A stretch of 64,000 nucleotides of DNA from Ylistrum balloti (taxonomy: Eukaryota): the NCBI RefSeq assembly GCF_031769215.1, contig NW_026782942.1:1-64000 (forward strand), written 5' to 3'. Under the pieces are notes generated by a model. That model was not told where the DNA came from and searched no databases. It saw only the letters and a program-made list of their open reading frames with translations. Positions 63,255 to 64,000 of the stretch are shown here, piece by piece; the first letter of the stretch is position 1; every line of letters starts with the position of its first letter. The position numbers were made by a program, and so were the translations under genes.

Positions 63255-64000
63255 GTAATGAAAGACGATTACGCATGTTTAAAATTGATATATTTTAATA
63301 ATTGATCAATTGATAGTAATCATAAGATAATAAAGCTTATACACTGTTCAGTACATTGTCTTTTATACATGAAGGGGATAAACGTAGTTAATAGTTTGCC
63401 GTTTTTAGAAATATATCTTTCATTAGTTAAGCGGTCCATTCAACCATTTGTTTATTTAGTTCCAGTCTCTGAATCACATCCCGTAAACTATTGAGGATGA
63501 TGTTACTGTCATAGTCAGAAGATATGTTTTTGGTAGAAGGTTTGATACTATAGAAGTAAATTACAAATTTATCAAATCAAACTATTTATCGACCAGTAAA
63601 TTAAACTTACCGTATGGCATATCAGTCGGCAATATCTCCGCTATATCCCTGGCAAATAATTAATCATAAATGGGATACGTGCTTCAGTTTTCGCTTAATT
63701 AGCGCAAATTCAATTGTGCTGTTCTTTAAAAATTTAGTTTGGTGGAACAAAAGAATAATCACTTATTTTCCTGTTGTTACAATTCTCAAAACGCAGTGAA
63801 AATGATATTGTGCGATCCTGTTACGTGTAATGCTAGCTTTAATATGTTGAAAATATTTCGTATTGGTCAAACTTTAAGCAGATCCTGTCACATTTATGTC
63901 ATCTTTCTTCGACTATGTATCTTGCATAATCAAAATACTACCTGGCAATCCTGAGATATTTTCGAATTCCATTCGATTCCATTTGTCAAAATTGTGTATA

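Overview
AT-rich eukaryotic DNA from an invertebrate animal; histone sequences and repeat landscape suggest a bivalve mollusc (inference). Left end: a divergent replication-dependent histone pair, H2A (943-1320, -) and H2B (3760-4134, +), each with the 3' stem-loop, separated by an odd 2.4-kb homopolymer-rich spacer. No H3, H4 or H1 is visible. From 12962 to the right edge: the 5' two-thirds of a xanthine dehydrogenase (XDH) gene. I reconstructed 22 coding exons by hand (2604 nt, 868 codons, all splice phases consistent); intron 2 has U12 (minor spliceosome) signals. Introns and intergenic DNA hold six tandem arrays (22, 28, 31, 38-40, 46-47 bp and a degenerate 40-65 bp unit, about 11 kb in total). 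They also hold decayed transposons: RNase H-bearing LINE 3' ends, BEL/Pao, CR1/L2, three Tc1/mariner copies, a Harbinger/ISL2EU-type DDE element and a Penelope-like 3' end. There is no CRISPR array, rRNA or intact tRNA. I found no convincing wholly new biological system. The best leads are the U12 intron, the solitary histone pair (orphon versus assembly artefact), a 34-bp micro-inversion between two repeat copies, hairpin-bearing satellites and a core-plus-variable-linker array. All family assignments come from motif recognition by eye, not database searches.
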